Shown here piece after piece: positions 36,643-45,766 of a DNA stretch of 64,000 nt. The stretch's first letter is position 1; each line of letters opens with the position of its first letter. The stretch comes from a virus: IMG/VR virus record IMGVR_UViG_3300045988_137393. One strand, written 5' to 3'. A model generated the notes under the pieces. It was not told where the DNA came from, searched no databases, and saw only the letters and a list, made by a program, of their open reading frames with translations. A program made the position numbers and the translations under genes.

Positions 36643-36657
36643 ATTGGAGTGATGAAA

Positions 36658-36894
36658 ATGACAAAATTAGAAAGTATTAAATGTGAAAAGTTACTGAATG
36701 AAGCTATTGAATATGCGATTGATGCAAAAGACAAATTGGATGTAGCTGCAAGACATCCTAATGCAACGGAAAGATATGTTCTGGAAAATACCGCACATAA
36801 TCACAGAGGATATGCAGAAGGAATTAATCAGGCTCTTGCAGTTATAGGTTTTAAGCATGAACAAATGGCAGAGTTAGGGAGACTGATAAGTTAA
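36658..36894 (+). CDS. hypothetical protein
   Basis: TGGAG RBS 8 nt before ATG 36658; earlier GTG/ATG starts possible. Confidence 0.6.
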   Translation: MTKLESIKCEKLLNEAIEYAIDAKDKLDVAARHPNATERYVLENTAHNHRGYAEGINQALAVIGFKHEQMAELGRLIS

Positions 36895-36932
36895 GAAATA
36901 GCAATTTCATTTTAAGATTGGAGGACAAGACT

Positions 36933-37151
36933 ATGGATAATATCACAGTAATTACATTAAATGCAAACGATGAACAAATAGAAACAGTCTTGACGGTGGA
37001 TGAATTAATCTATGCTTGGCAGCACGATATAGATATTCCAACCAATGATGATACTGTTGTTAGTTGTGTATTAGGCAAAACACAGTTGTATTTTGAAACA
37101 TTTGGAGAGCTGATGCAAGCATTGACTGGAAGCGATAGGAAGGATGGTTGA
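36933..37151 (+). CDS. hypothetical protein
   Basis: TGGAGGA RBS. Confidence 0.65.
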   Translation: MDNITVITLNANDEQIETVLTVDELIYAWQHDIDIPTNDDTVVSCVLGKTQLYFETFGELMQALTGSDRKDG

Positions 37152-37155
37152 TTAT

Positions 37156-37629
37156 ATGGCAAGATATAAAATGATAATTAATACAGATACATATAAATGC
37201 GGAAGATGTAGTAAAAAGAATTGGGAACCTGGTACACGGAATGATTACATGATTGCAATAAACGGAATAACGAGAACTCTTTATAATATGAGAGAAGTAA
37301 TGTGGCAGCTTGAATTATTCCACGGAAATTCATTTGTTACGTCAGAATACAGTGATGATAACCCAGAAGAAAATTATGGATTATCTGATAGATATATTAA
37401 ATTTCTAAAGAAAAATACAATCAAATATCATGACAGACTGTGTAATTTGGATAGACAACAGTATTTATCTGGCTATGGTTGGATGCAGGGCTATTTTTCT
37501 ATTGGAGAAGTAATGGAAAAATTGAAAAAAGAGGGAACTGTTAAAGTTCCGTTTAGTTGGCTCTATGATATCAGACAGTATGATAAAGCTATGAATGGTT
37601 GCTATATGGAAATAACGAAGATTGGATAA
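37156..37629 (+). CDS. hypothetical protein
   Basis: GGAAGGA RBS; trimmed to MARYKMI. Confidence 0.65.
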   Translation: MARYKMIINTDTYKCGRCSKKNWEPGTRNDYMIAINGITRTLYNMREVMWQLELFHGNSFVTSEYSDDNPEENYGLSDRYIKFLKKNTIKYHDRLCNLDRQQYLSGYGWMQGYFSIGEVMEKLKKEGTVKVPFSWLYDIRQYDKAMNGCYMEITKIG

Positions 37630-37642
37630 GGAGTGATTGATT

Positions 37643-37879
37643 ATGACAGTAAGAGAATTAAATAGAGATCAGTTACACGAACTGAAACAGGCATATTATT
37701 TAGAACTTGTAAATGAAGGTACTTTTGCAGAAGTGATTGGAGTTAATATCAATGAGCCATCATATGAAATGATTGCAAGTATTGATGAATATGTAAGTGA
37801 TGAATTTATTTATGAACACTATGATGGATATAGTTTTACAGAAGATGATTTTTTCTGTAGTGCGGAAAGGAGTGCTTAA
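37643..37879 (+). CDS. hypothetical protein
   Basis: AAGGAG RBS. Confidence 0.65.
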   Translation: MTVRELNRDQLHELKQAYYLELVNEGTFAEVIGVNINEPSYEMIASIDEYVSDEFIYEHYDGYSFTEDDFFCSAERSA

Positions 37880-37880
37880 A

Positions 37881-38201
37881 ATGTTAGATTATACAAAAAT
37901 TACATTTAATGAGTTAGATGACACAGGCAAGCCATTACAGGCATTTTACAATTATGATTTAAAAGAAAGCGAAATTGATAGCTTTTTGGAAGAGTACGCA
38001 ACAGTCGAAGAAGTTCCAGAAGGTGTATCTATTCAGAAAGTAGAATTATGCTTAACAATTTACGCACAGCATGATTTCAAATTAGAAGCTTGTTGTACAG
38101 ATACAAATAACGAACAGTATTTGGTTGAAATCAATAAACAGTTTACAAACGCAGATGAATTTATTCAGATGACTCCCGATTATGGGAAGATAAAATTATA
38201 A
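37881..38201 (+). CDS. hypothetical protein
   Basis: AAAGGAG RBS; trimmed to MLDYTKI. Confidence 0.65.
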   Translation: MLDYTKITFNELDDTGKPLQAFYNYDLKESEIDSFLEEYATVEEVPEGVSIQKVELCLTIYAQHDFKLEACCTDTNNEQYLVEINKQFTNADEFIQMTPDYGKIKL

Positions 38202-38214
38202 AGAGGTGATGATT

Positions 38215-38442
38215 ATGCTAGATATTACAAACTTATATGCTTACAGGATTGAAGAATTGGCTGTTGGAATTGTAAAGGCAGAGTCATATGAAGATGCAAG
38301 AGAAAAGGTGAAAGCAGCTTATTTGAAACACAACGATTGTTTTGATTCTGAAAGAGATGTTATTGAGTTAAATGAAATTGCAGAAGATGATTCGTGGTTT
38401 AGTGATAATCCTGATGTAGTTGAAGTCGATGAGTTAATATAG
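38215..38442 (+). CDS. hypothetical protein
   Basis: AGAGGTG RBS. Confidence 0.65.
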   Translation: MLDITNLYAYRIEELAVGIVKAESYEDAREKVKAAYLKHNDCFDSERDVIELNEIAEDDSWFSDNPDVVEVDELI

Positions 38443-38460
38443 AAATGGGATGATAACATA

Positions 38461-38796
38461 ATGAATGATGCTTATTTTAGAAATAGAATTGAAAGAAGTC
38501 CATTAGGAAATATGGGACTACATTTATTAGAAGCTCAAGAGAAATTAGTTTCTCAGGAATATGAAGTTGAGAATCTTAGAATTAAAGCAGCTATGTATAA
38601 AGCATATTTCTTTCGTAATTTCATATTAGCAGAAAAATTAGAAAAACAAAGTAAAGAAAACAGAGATGCACTTATCGGAGAGTTTGATGGTTTTTCATAT
38701 GCAAGTTGGAGAGCTAATGCTATATATAGAACGCTTGAAGATATGTGCGATGAAGGACTATTAACTGAAAAAGAATATAGAGAATGCAAAGTATGA
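38461..38796 (+). CDS. hypothetical protein
   Basis: 111-aa ORF, weak RBS. Confidence 0.6.
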   Translation: MNDAYFRNRIERSPLGNMGLHLLEAQEKLVSQEYEVENLRIKAAMYKAYFFRNFILAEKLEKQSKENRDALIGEFDGFSYASWRANAIYRTLEDMCDEGLLTEKEYRECKV

Positions 38797-38829
38797 AACA
38801 AGAGTTTCTTTAGAAGAATGGAGGCAGAC

Positions 38830-39060
38830 ATGGAAAAAATTGATAATAATATTCAATTAGCTTTCTTAGGTGGTATGAAAGCTGGATTAGAAGCATTAAT
38901 TCATGGACTTGAAGTAGTAGCAGAGAATAATAACGGGCAAGTATCATTTGAGTTTGTTAAAATGGTTTCTGCTAGTACGATAGCTGATGTAGAATTAAAA
39001 TTATCTAGTATAGAGAACGGGAAAGGTCTTATAGATGCTTTAAATAATAAAAGCAAATGA
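38830..39060 (+). CDS. hypothetical protein
   Basis: ATGGAGG RBS. Confidence 0.65.
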   Translation: MEKIDNNIQLAFLGGMKAGLEALIHGLEVVAENNNGQVSFEFVKMVSASTIADVELKLSSIENGKGLIDALNNKSK

Positions 39061-39107
39061 AAGATAATTTACAATGCTCAGGATTTGTTATAAAGGAGAG
39101 ATGTATT

Positions 39108-39299
39108 ATGGTAAGAATTAAAGATGGAAATTATATAGCAATATTCCACGATAGAATGATTGAAGTAAAAGCAGATTCAAAAAAAGATGCTTATAATAAA
39201 GCAAAAAGATATTTTGAATCAAGAGAACATAGAGAATTATTTGATGGCGAACTAAAAGTGTGTCAGATACCATCTATGATAGGTGTTCTGGATGAGTGA
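39108..39299 (+). CDS. hypothetical protein
   Basis: AAAGGAGAG RBS; trimmed to MVRIKDG. Confidence 0.6.
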   Translation: MVRIKDGNYIAIFHDRMIEVKADSKKDAYNKAKRYFESREHRELFDGELKVCQIPSMIGVLDE

Positions 39300-39339
39300 A
39301 ATAAATAGAAAAATATTTATTGGAAAGTAAGGTGGCTAC

Positions 39340-39510
39340 ATGAATATTGTATTAGAAATGGAAATTTGGATTGTTAATGATGAGTATTTTATCACACAAG
39401 GACTAAACGGATATGAAGTGTATGATTGTGGCGATGATACAAAAGAAGCAAAAGACTTATATACGGGTACATTTGAAGAATGTTTGACTTGGATATGGAA
39501 TAGTATCTAA
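39340..39510 (+). CDS. small hypothetical protein (56 aa)
   Basis: Hand-translated, AAGGTGG RBS. Confidence 0.5.
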   Translation: MNIVLEMEIWIVNDEYFITQGLNGYEVYDCGDDTKEAKDLYTGTFEECLTWIWNSI

Positions 39511-39557
39511 GTCGAATGAAAGGATGATTTCTTGTTTTAGAAATGGAGGAAATAATT

Positions 39558-39818
39558 ATGAGCCAAACAGTATTTGATGAGAATGATTTTATAAAACGAG
39601 TACCAAAAAAGATTTTGGAACGTACAAGAGAAAATATGGAAGTGTATCATATGGATTTAGCAGATTCATTTCAGGAAGCAACAAGGGAATTAGCAAAGAA
39701 AGGTACAACTTTGTGGAAAGCATGGTATTATGATGATTTTAGAGAATATGTACCATGTATTTACTGCCCAGAATATTTGGATTTATCAAAATATCCATTA
39801 AAATACAAAGGGAAATAA
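39558..39818 (+). CDS. hypothetical protein
   Basis: ATGGAGGAA RBS. Confidence 0.65.
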   Translation: MSQTVFDENDFIKRVPKKILERTRENMEVYHMDLADSFQEATRELAKKGTTLWKAWYYDDFREYVPCIYCPEYLDLSKYPLKYKGK

Positions 39819-39820
39819 TT

Positions 39821-39862
39821 CAATGAATCGGAAATTTACTTGGAGAATATGTAAGAGGTTGG
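39821..39862 (+). promoter_or_regulatory. conserved intergenic leader motif copy
   Basis: CAATGAATCGGAAATTTACTTGGAGAATATGTAAGAGGTTGG; related to copies at 42767 and 43357. Confidence 0.4.
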
Positions 39863-39905
39863 AATATTCAATCTCTTATTTTTTTGGAAAGGAATGGTGA
39901 AAATT

Positions 39906-40130
39906 ATGTTTGATTACAAAGAATTTAAAAAGGAAATGTCTAAAAGAGGACATGAAGTACATAAGAATGGAAAGTATCTTATAATTATTCCTAATAATAA
40001 TTACGAAGGATACAATAAAGGATTTTTGTTTGCAACGGATATCATTAAAGGTTTTGAGGATGTATTGAAGTTACTAAATATGGATCATTTTAATACTTGG
40101 ATATATAGTGCAAAATTTAAAGTCATGTGA
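39906..40130 (+). CDS. hypothetical protein
   Basis: ORF in gene train; start ATG 39906 or upstream GTG. Confidence 0.6.
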   Translation: MFDYKEFKKEMSKRGHEVHKNGKYLIIIPNNNYEGYNKGFLFATDIIKGFEDVLKLLNMDHFNTWIYSAKFKVM

Positions 40131-40180
40131 TAAAATTATAGTAATGATATTCAACAGTTGGAAAAACGGAGGTAATTATT

Positions 40181-40333
40181 ATGTCACAGTTAATCGGATT
40201 TTTAATTGCAGGATACTTATGTATATATCTTCCATGGAGAGCGAACAAAAAGGAAGAATCTCGTAAGAGACAAGATATGTATAATAATCTCAACAAGAAG
40301 TCGGTAGATGAAATGGATAAATGGCGAAAATAA
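40181..40333 (+). CDS. small membrane protein (50 aa)
   Basis: CGGAGG RBS; N-terminal hydrophobic helix LIGFLIAGYLCIYL. Confidence 0.5.
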   Translation: MSQLIGFLIAGYLCIYLPWRANKKEESRKRQDMYNNLNKKSVDEMDKWRK

Positions 40334-40351
40334 TATAGAAGAGAAAAGAGG

Positions 40352-40981
40352 TTGACGAATATATTCGGTGGACTATTGGCATTCTTAGGAATTTATGCAG
40401 GAAGTGCTGCAAAGGCAGCTAAAGATAACTATGATATGAAGAAAACTACTCGCACTGTTGATAAAGATGGAAATATACATTACATGGACAGATTGTGCAA
40501 TGATTACATCAATAGTGAGCGAGTAAAGAGGGTTGAAACTACTGATAGAAACGGAGTTAAGTTATATTCAACTGTTGGTGTGAATAGCAGTAAGGTGTAC
40601 GACACTTCTTATGGAAGGGGTACACAGCAATTATTCGAAATGAGTGAACATGATAAACAGGAAAATCTAAAATATGGAAAAAATGTATATAGTCAATACA
40701 ATCCATATTTCGGAAAAACTGTTACAACAGAAATTAGTTCGGGCAGAACAATTACCTGTTTGTTTAGCGGTAAAAATAGTAAGACTGGTAAAGAGTTCTA
40801 TAGAGTATGGTATTTCCGTCCAGAATGTCAAGGAAAGCTTGATTACAATACTACTGTTGATGGCGATATGGGAATTGAAATTACAAAAGAAGAATTTAAT
40901 AAGTTGAATTTTGGAGCCTTGACATGTACATGTATGCCAAGTGATTATGATGTAGTCCATGCATTATGGGGTGATAGGTAA
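40352..40981 (+). CDS. hypothetical membrane-anchored protein
   Basis: TTG start after AGAGG; N-terminal TM IFGGLLAFLGIYAGSAA. Confidence 0.6.
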   Translation: MTNIFGGLLAFLGIYAGSAAKAAKDNYDMKKTTRTVDKDGNIHYMDRLCNDYINSERVKRVETTDRNGVKLYSTVGVNSSKVYDTSYGRGTQQLFEMSEHDKQENLKYGKNVYSQYNPYFGKTVTTEISSGRTITCLFSGKNSKTGKEFYRVWYFRPECQGKLDYNTTVDGDMGIEITKEEFNKLNFGALTCTCMPSDYDVVHALWGDR

Positions 40982-41229
40982 TGAATAATCAGAGAAGAGA
41001 AAAGATAAGGCAACTCAAAACTCAAATTGATTTGATTAAAACCGATTTGAAGAAAGTTTCAGGTGAGCTATCTTCTATATTAAACGAAGAACAGAATGCA
41101 TTTGATAATATGCCAGCAGGATTACAGAGCAGCTATAGAGGAATGTGTTCTGAAGATGCAATTGATGATATGGAAGAAGCGAGTGAGAAACTTGACGAAG
41201 TAATTGAGTTGTTAAATGATATTGTGTAG
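40981..41229 (+). CDS. hypothetical coiled-coil protein
   Basis: 82-aa ORF, start overlaps previous stop. Confidence 0.65.
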   Translation: MNNQRREKIRQLKTQIDLIKTDLKKVSGELSSILNEEQNAFDNMPAGLQSSYRGMCSEDAIDDMEEASEKLDEVIELLNDIV

Positions 41230-41252
41230 AATGTAGAAAGGAGAATAGTATT

Positions 41253-41441
41253 ATGAATGATACGCCAATATATGAATGGGAAGATGCAATAAATTTTATT
41301 GCAGAAAGATGTAATATTGACAAAGATACCATTGAGACAGTGCTTACGTTAGAAGAGGACTATATGAAAAGTATTGGAATTATCATGGAAGAACAATCTA
41401 ATTTTGAGATTGATGGTCAACAAAGAGAACAAAGTAAATAA
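41253..41441 (+). CDS. hypothetical protein
   Basis: AAAGGAGAA RBS. Confidence 0.6.
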   Translation: MNDTPIYEWEDAINFIAERCNIDKDTIETVLTLEEDYMKSIGIIMEEQSNFEIDGQQREQSK

Positions 41442-41470
41442 TAGATTCATTGGAAAATTGGAGGTTAATT

Positions 41471-41728
41471 ATGAGTAAAGATGAAGTGAAATATTATATA
41501 GATCATATGGACGCAAATGGTTTATTAAATTTGTGCAATGATATAAATGAATGGAAATATAAATACGGGAAACTTAAACCAGATTGTACATTAAATCATC
41601 TAGCAGAAAATTTACAGTATTGGGAATTAAGAGATTTGGAAAAACTTATTCTTAATGCAGCTCATGAAAAATTTGGGAATTTAGTTAGTTTATTAATAAA
41701 GAGTGAACCAAGTATCTATATAAAATAA
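41471..41728 (+). CDS. hypothetical protein
   Basis: TTGGAGG RBS; trimmed to MSKDEVK. Confidence 0.65.
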   Translation: MSKDEVKYYIDHMDANGLLNLCNDINEWKYKYGKLKPDCTLNHLAENLQYWELRDLEKLILNAAHEKFGNLVSLLIKSEPSIYIK

Positions 41729-41764
41729 GCCAATGAATCCAAGTTTTCGTTAGGAGATATGAAT

Positions 41765-41917
41765 ATGATTACATTTAAGTGTTTATATAAGTTAACAAAA
41801 GAAGAAGTAGCTGGAATTGTATTTGATATCAAAAATGGTAAATCTTATACTGTTCTAGGCTGGGAGAATTATTATGCTACAGATGCAGATATTATTAAGT
41901 ATTATAATTCACTTTAA
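41765..41917 (+). CDS. small hypothetical protein (50 aa)
   Basis: TAGGAG RBS 8 nt upstream; hand-translated. Confidence 0.5.
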   Translation: MITFKCLYKLTKEEVAGIVFDIKNGKSYTVLGWENYYATDADIIKYYNSL

Positions 41918-41965
41918 ATAAAAATTACAGACTAAGAAATCTAAGTTTCAGGAGGTAATATTAAA

Positions 41966-42202
41966 ATGATTAAATGGATTAGTGCAGAAACACCACCAAC
42001 CGAATATAGTATGACAAAAGAATACTTTGTCACTTGTGAATATAAGGGAGAAGGAAATGTGAATGGAAGATTAACTTTTGTTATGACTTATGAAGAGAAG
42101 GGAAGAAAGAAAGTTCCTACATGGTGCTGGAATGGAAGAATAGCAATTTGGAAAGTATTATTTTGGGCTGAGTTTCCAACACCATGTCAGGATGAAATTT
42201 AA
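41966..42202 (+). CDS. DUF551-like protein
   Basis: MIKWISAETPP....WCWNGR...VLFWAEFPTP resembles DUF551 (W-I-S-V..P ... W-M-P-L-P). Confidence 0.6.
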   Translation: MIKWISAETPPTEYSMTKEYFVTCEYKGEGNVNGRLTFVMTYEEKGRKKVPTWCWNGRIAIWKVLFWAEFPTPCQDEI

Positions 42203-42279
42203 CTTTCAAAGGGGATGATTTTATAAAAAAGACTGAAAAATTAGAAATTATTAAGTGGTATATAAAACACAATATTAAT

Positions 42280-42537
42280 ATGACTAAATCAATAAATATA
42301 GATTCTATAAGTGATTTGAAAAAACTTGAAGAAATAATTAGAACAAATAAAAATGTTTTTGAAAAAGTATCAAGATGTTACCAATGTACCTCTGACGGAA
42401 AGAGTTTTTGTAATAGATGTGCAAATTGTGTAGAATGGCATTGGGATTTTGATATTCCTGATGAGGAACGTGTGGATAATTATAGATTTAGATATCAATA
42501 CTGGAAGACATTTTATGATATTGAGAACAGGAAATAA
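42280..42537 (+). CDS. hypothetical Cys-rich protein
   Basis: 85-aa ORF; no RBS at ATG; frame is open 84 nt further upstream without a canonical start. Confidence 0.5.
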   Translation: MTKSINIDSISDLKKLEEIIRTNKNVFEKVSRCYQCTSDGKSFCNRCANCVEWHWDFDIPDEERVDNYRFRYQYWKTFYDIENRK

Positions 42538-42570
42538 ATAGAAATTCGACTTTCCTTTGGAGGTGATATT

Positions 42571-42750
42571 TTGAAAAAAGTTAGATATGCGATTGAAAAA
42601 GTAATAGAAGTTCCTGAAACAGAAGGAGAAAAATCTATTAATAATATAATCAATAAAAAGTGTAAAGAAGAAAATGGATTAAGTTATATTTATGTAAGAG
42701 AAGATGATATGAAGGAAAATGGATGGAATAGCCTTTTTGATGAAATGTAA
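42571..42750 (+). CDS. small hypothetical protein (59 aa, TTG start)
   Basis: TGGAGGTG RBS 6 nt before TTG; hand-translated. Confidence 0.5.
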   Translation: MKKVRYAIEKVIEVPETEGEKSINNIINKKCKEENGLSYIYVREDDMKENGWNSLFDEM

Positions 42751-42766
42751 TCAAAAAATATTAAAG

Positions 42767-42812
42767 CCAATGAATGAATGATTTACTCGGAAGATTGAAA
42801 GAGGTGATATAA
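42767..42812 (+). promoter_or_regulatory. conserved intergenic leader motif copy
   Basis: CCAATGAATGAATGATTTACTCGGAAGATTGAAAGAGGTGATATAA directly before ATG 42813. Confidence 0.45.
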
Positions 42813-42995
42813 ATGAAACAGTATGAAAAATTACAAACAGATATGCAACAGAATTTATCAATAGATGAAATATCTGGGTATTTATTTGCATTAAAAGATG
42901 AATACGTTGCATATTGCAATCAAAATGATAAAAGAGTTGATGATATATATTCATTGGCTTCATTTTTAGACACTGAGTACAAAGAGGTACAATAA
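42813..42995 (+). CDS. hypothetical protein
   Basis: 60-aa ORF after leader motif. Confidence 0.6.
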   Translation: MKQYEKLQTDMQQNLSIDEISGYLFALKDEYVAYCNQNDKRVDDIYSLASFLDTEYKEVQ

Positions 42996-42998
42996 ATA

Positions 42999-43175
42999 AT
43001 GGAACAATGGGATATTACATGCTGTAAATGTGGGAAATTCATTCTAACAGAACAAAAGCAAGATGTGACAGGCAATATAAAATGTGTCAGAGGTAGTTAT
43101 GACAATGGATTCTATAATGGAATTGAGGATCAATTCTATTGTAAAAAATGTGCTGATAAATTAGGATTGAGGTGA
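42999..43175 (+). CDS. small zinc-ribbon protein (58 aa)
   Basis: Hand-translated; CCKCGK...CKKCADK. Confidence 0.5.
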   Translation: MEQWDITCCKCGKFILTEQKQDVTGNIKCVRGSYDNGFYNGIEDQFYCKKCADKLGLR

Positions 43176-43179
43176 TGTA

Positions 43180-43356
43180 ATGTACGAATTTTCAAAAGAG
43201 ATTATCGAAAAAATCAATACAGCAAAATGTCTTACTGTAAAAGAATTAAGGATAACCGAAGTTGCATTAAGAATGTATGAATTAAATGAAGATATTTTAG
43301 ATGAATCTACTGGATTATCGAATAACGATAAATACGAATTAAAATATAAGTGTTAA
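43180..43356 (+). CDS. small hypothetical protein (58 aa)
   Basis: TGAGGTG RBS; hand-translated. Confidence 0.5.
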   Translation: MYEFSKEIIEKINTAKCLTVKELRITEVALRMYELNEDILDESTGLSNNDKYELKYKC

Positions 43357-43396
43357 AATAAATGATTTACTTGGAAGATTAGAAGAGGTGGTATTG
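43357..43396 (+). promoter_or_regulatory. conserved intergenic leader motif copy
   Basis: AAATAAATGATTTACTTGGAAGATTAGAAGAGGTGGTATTG directly before ATG 43397. Confidence 0.45.
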
Positions 43397-43552
43397 ATGG
43401 ATAGAAAACGAAATAATTCTACATGGTGTTGTGATCAAATTGAAGAGAAAATTAAAGATTATAAAATATCTCTTACAGAAATTAAAGAAGAAGAGGTAAA
43501 GAGGCAGCTGAAAATTGTGATTGATGATTTAGAATCAATTCTATACAAGTAG
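43397..43552 (+). CDS. small hypothetical protein (51 aa)
   Basis: Hand-translated ORF after leader motif. Confidence 0.5.
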   Translation: MDRKRNNSTWCCDQIEEKIKDYKISLTEIKEEEVKRQLKIVIDDLESILYK

Positions 43553-43572
43553 ATTAGAGGAGGTGATATAAA

Positions 43573-43809
43573 ATGACCAATGGCATTAAAGAGAAAGACA
43601 TTCGTGATATGCAAAAATGCTTTGATAAAATGGAATATATTCTAAAAAGGATTCAGGTGTATAATCCTGAAGCACGAATTATTTGTATTGAAAGTGATAC
43701 AATAGCTCTAGTTAATTTCAATGGTGAGTTTATTGATTCAGCTCCACAAATAAAAGATGAACATATTGTTGCAAGTCAAGACATACCAGCAATGGATAAC
43801 TATTGTTAA
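43573..43809 (+). CDS. hypothetical protein
   Basis: GAGGAGGTG RBS. Confidence 0.65.
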   Translation: MTNGIKEKDIRDMQKCFDKMEYILKRIQVYNPEARIICIESDTIALVNFNGEFIDSAPQIKDEHIVASQDIPAMDNYC

Positions 43810-43837
43810 AAGAAATGACGATTTCTTGGTAAATAGA

Positions 43838-44386
43838 ATGGAGATGATAAAAGTGAAAATAACCAAATTTAAAGATATTCCACAATTGACAAGAGCTGGA
43901 TCATACAACACGAATATTCCATTAACTCACATGTTAAAAACGATTTCAGAATGGGAACAAGATGAATATTATCAGTTACAATTGAATCCTAATTTTCAGC
44001 GTGGACATGTATGGACGGAAAAACAACAAATAGCATTTGTTGAATTTTTACTTCGAGGAGGAAAATCAGCGAGGGTAATTTATTTTAATAAACCAAGTTG
44101 GCAAATGACGAAAACCGTAAATGATTATGATGATTTTGTATGTGTTGATGGTTTACAGAGAATTACAGCGGTAACTAAATTCTTAAAAAATGAAATTAAA
44201 GTTTTTGGTAGTTATTACAAAGATTTTGAAGATAAAATACCACTAAGTATAGATTTAATTTTCAATGTAAATGATTTAAAAACTGAAAAAGAGGTTCTTC
44301 AGTGGTATGTGGATATGAATGCAGGAGGTACTCCTCATACAAGTGAAGAAATTAACAGGATTAAGAAGATGATTGAGGAATTATAA
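43838..44386 (+). CDS. stand-alone DUF262 (ParB-like NTPase/nuclease) domain protein
   Basis: NPNFQRGHVWTEKQQIAFVEFLL ... FVCVDGLQRITAV = DUF262 QR..W and DGQQR boxes; start ambiguous (ATG 43838/43844 or GTG 43853). Confidence 0.7.
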   Translation: MEMIKVKITKFKDIPQLTRAGSYNTNIPLTHMLKTISEWEQDEYYQLQLNPNFQRGHVWTEKQQIAFVEFLLRGGKSARVIYFNKPSWQMTKTVNDYDDFVCVDGLQRITAVTKFLKNEIKVFGSYYKDFEDKIPLSIDLIFNVNDLKTEKEVLQWYVDMNAGGTPHTSEEINRIKKMIEEL

Positions 44387-44428
44387 AGCAAATGAAAAAT
44401 TGCATTTATATAAGGGAGGTGAATAATA

Positions 44429-44587
44429 ATGAATGAACGTGTCTTATATAATGCGCAAAAATCTGTTATTGAGGAAGTAAAACAAGAGTTGCTTAAAAAA
44501 GCAGAAACAGAAAGACAGAGAAATGTTATCAAAGAAGTATGCAGAGCCGTGGCTAGAAAACATAAATTTGATGATTTGAAAACCTGA
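44429..44587 (+). CDS. small hypothetical protein (52 aa)
   Basis: GGGAGGTG RBS; hand-translated. Confidence 0.5.
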   Translation: MNERVLYNAQKSVIEEVKQELLKKAETERQRNVIKEVCRAVARKHKFDDLKT

Positions 44588-44613
44588 TGAAACAGACATT
44601 TGGAGGGGAAATT

Positions 44614-44880
44614 ATGATAAATTTGGACTTGTTAAAAAATAAACTATCTACAATTGAGGTTGTTTGGGATAAAATCCGAATGTACGGAGAGGAGGAACAT
44701 CAATTCGACTATTGGATAATGGCAGACATCTCTACGGATAACAAGATAGATTGGTATGTAAAAAATACGGCTATTGACGAAGTTATTTTCGAAGGAAAGA
44801 CATATGATTCATGTGTTGATTTTCTTGAAAAACTTATAAATAAGTTGGTTGAAACTGGAAAATATAAATACTTGGAGTAA
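44614..44880 (+). CDS. hypothetical protein
   Basis: TGGAGGGG RBS. Confidence 0.65.
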   Translation: MINLDLLKNKLSTIEVVWDKIRMYGEEEHQFDYWIMADISTDNKIDWYVKNTAIDEVIFEGKTYDSCVDFLEKLINKLVETGKYKYLE

Positions 44881-44888
44881 ATAAAAGT

Positions 44889-44920
44889 AGAAGCAGAAAA
44901 TAAACTGCTTCTTTTATTTT
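44889..44920 (+). terminator. rho-independent terminator
   Basis: AGAAGCAG/CTGCTTCT hairpin followed by TTTTATTTT. Confidence 0.8.
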
Positions 44921-45010
44921 ACTTATAAATATGGTAAAATAGATACAATTATAAACCATAACATGAGATGTGCCGTTTTGCGGAAATAATTATAACAGGA
45001 GGTTCAAAAT

Positions 45011-45397
45011 ATGAATTACGATGAAAAGAAAGATCTACTTAAAAGAGTAAAAGAAGGTGCAGAAAAGAAAGAACTCCGTGTAAACAACATCGAAGAATGG
45101 GGATTTATTTGTGGCGCATGGGTGGAATATGTTTTAAAGAACAGTAAATTACCAGATAGAATTTACAAAGGTAGAGAAACATGGATGGTGAAAGAACTTA
45201 ATGGGAATAATATAGAGCCTTTTAAACAAAAATTGATGGAAACTTTCACAAAACAGTATATGGAAAATGTTGGAGAAACTGAATTTTTAAATGGAGTTTT
45301 TCTTGCAGTTATTAGCTATGATCTTGAAGATGGCGAGAAATGGTCTGATGCGGCTGAGATGTTTTCTGTTGGATTGGTTTCGGAAGTAAATTGGTAA
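45011..45397 (+). CDS. hypothetical protein
   Basis: 128-aa ORF, CAGGAGG RBS. Confidence 0.7.
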   Translation: MNYDEKKDLLKRVKEGAEKKELRVNNIEEWGFICGAWVEYVLKNSKLPDRIYKGRETWMVKELNGNNIEPFKQKLMETFTKQYMENVGETEFLNGVFLAVISYDLEDGEKWSDAAEMFSVGLVSEVNW

Positions 45398-45483
45398 TTG
45401 AAATATAAATTTAATATTATAGTAAACAAATCAACTAGATTAATGTCTGGTTGCTTTTTTGTTGCAGAAAAGGAGTGATAGTA

Positions 45484-45750
45484 ATGAATATGGGAAATCC
45501 AAAACGTAGTAGTCAATTTCTCTGTCTCCATTGCATGAAGATTAATCAGTTAGGATCTGGTATACAGAGAAATGGAAATCAACGTAAGAAGAAACATATC
45601 AAAAACTTAACATGTTTTAATGAAGGTTGCAACGGAGAAATTACGAAAAACGTAGAAATTCGTTGGTGTGATGATTATTTGGAAATGTTGGATTATGCTC
45701 AACGAATTAGATCACGTTATTATACGGATAAAGTAGAGAATAATATGTAG
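45484..45750 (+). CDS. hypothetical zinc-ribbon protein
   Basis: AAAGGAG RBS; CLHC ... CFNEGC. Confidence 0.65.
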   Translation: MNMGNPKRSSQFLCLHCMKINQLGSGIQRNGNQRKKKHIKNLTCFNEGCNGEITKNVEIRWCDDYLEMLDYAQRIRSRYYTDKVENNM

Positions 45751-45766
45751 GAAGGTGGAACATAGC

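Noticed and set aside
42767-42812. Leader motif as a sigma-A promoter (TTTACT-17-TGATAT)
   Set aside because: The putative -10 ends only 2-3 nt before the ATG, so a transcript would start inside the gene. The motif more likely belongs to the 5' leader/RBS region.
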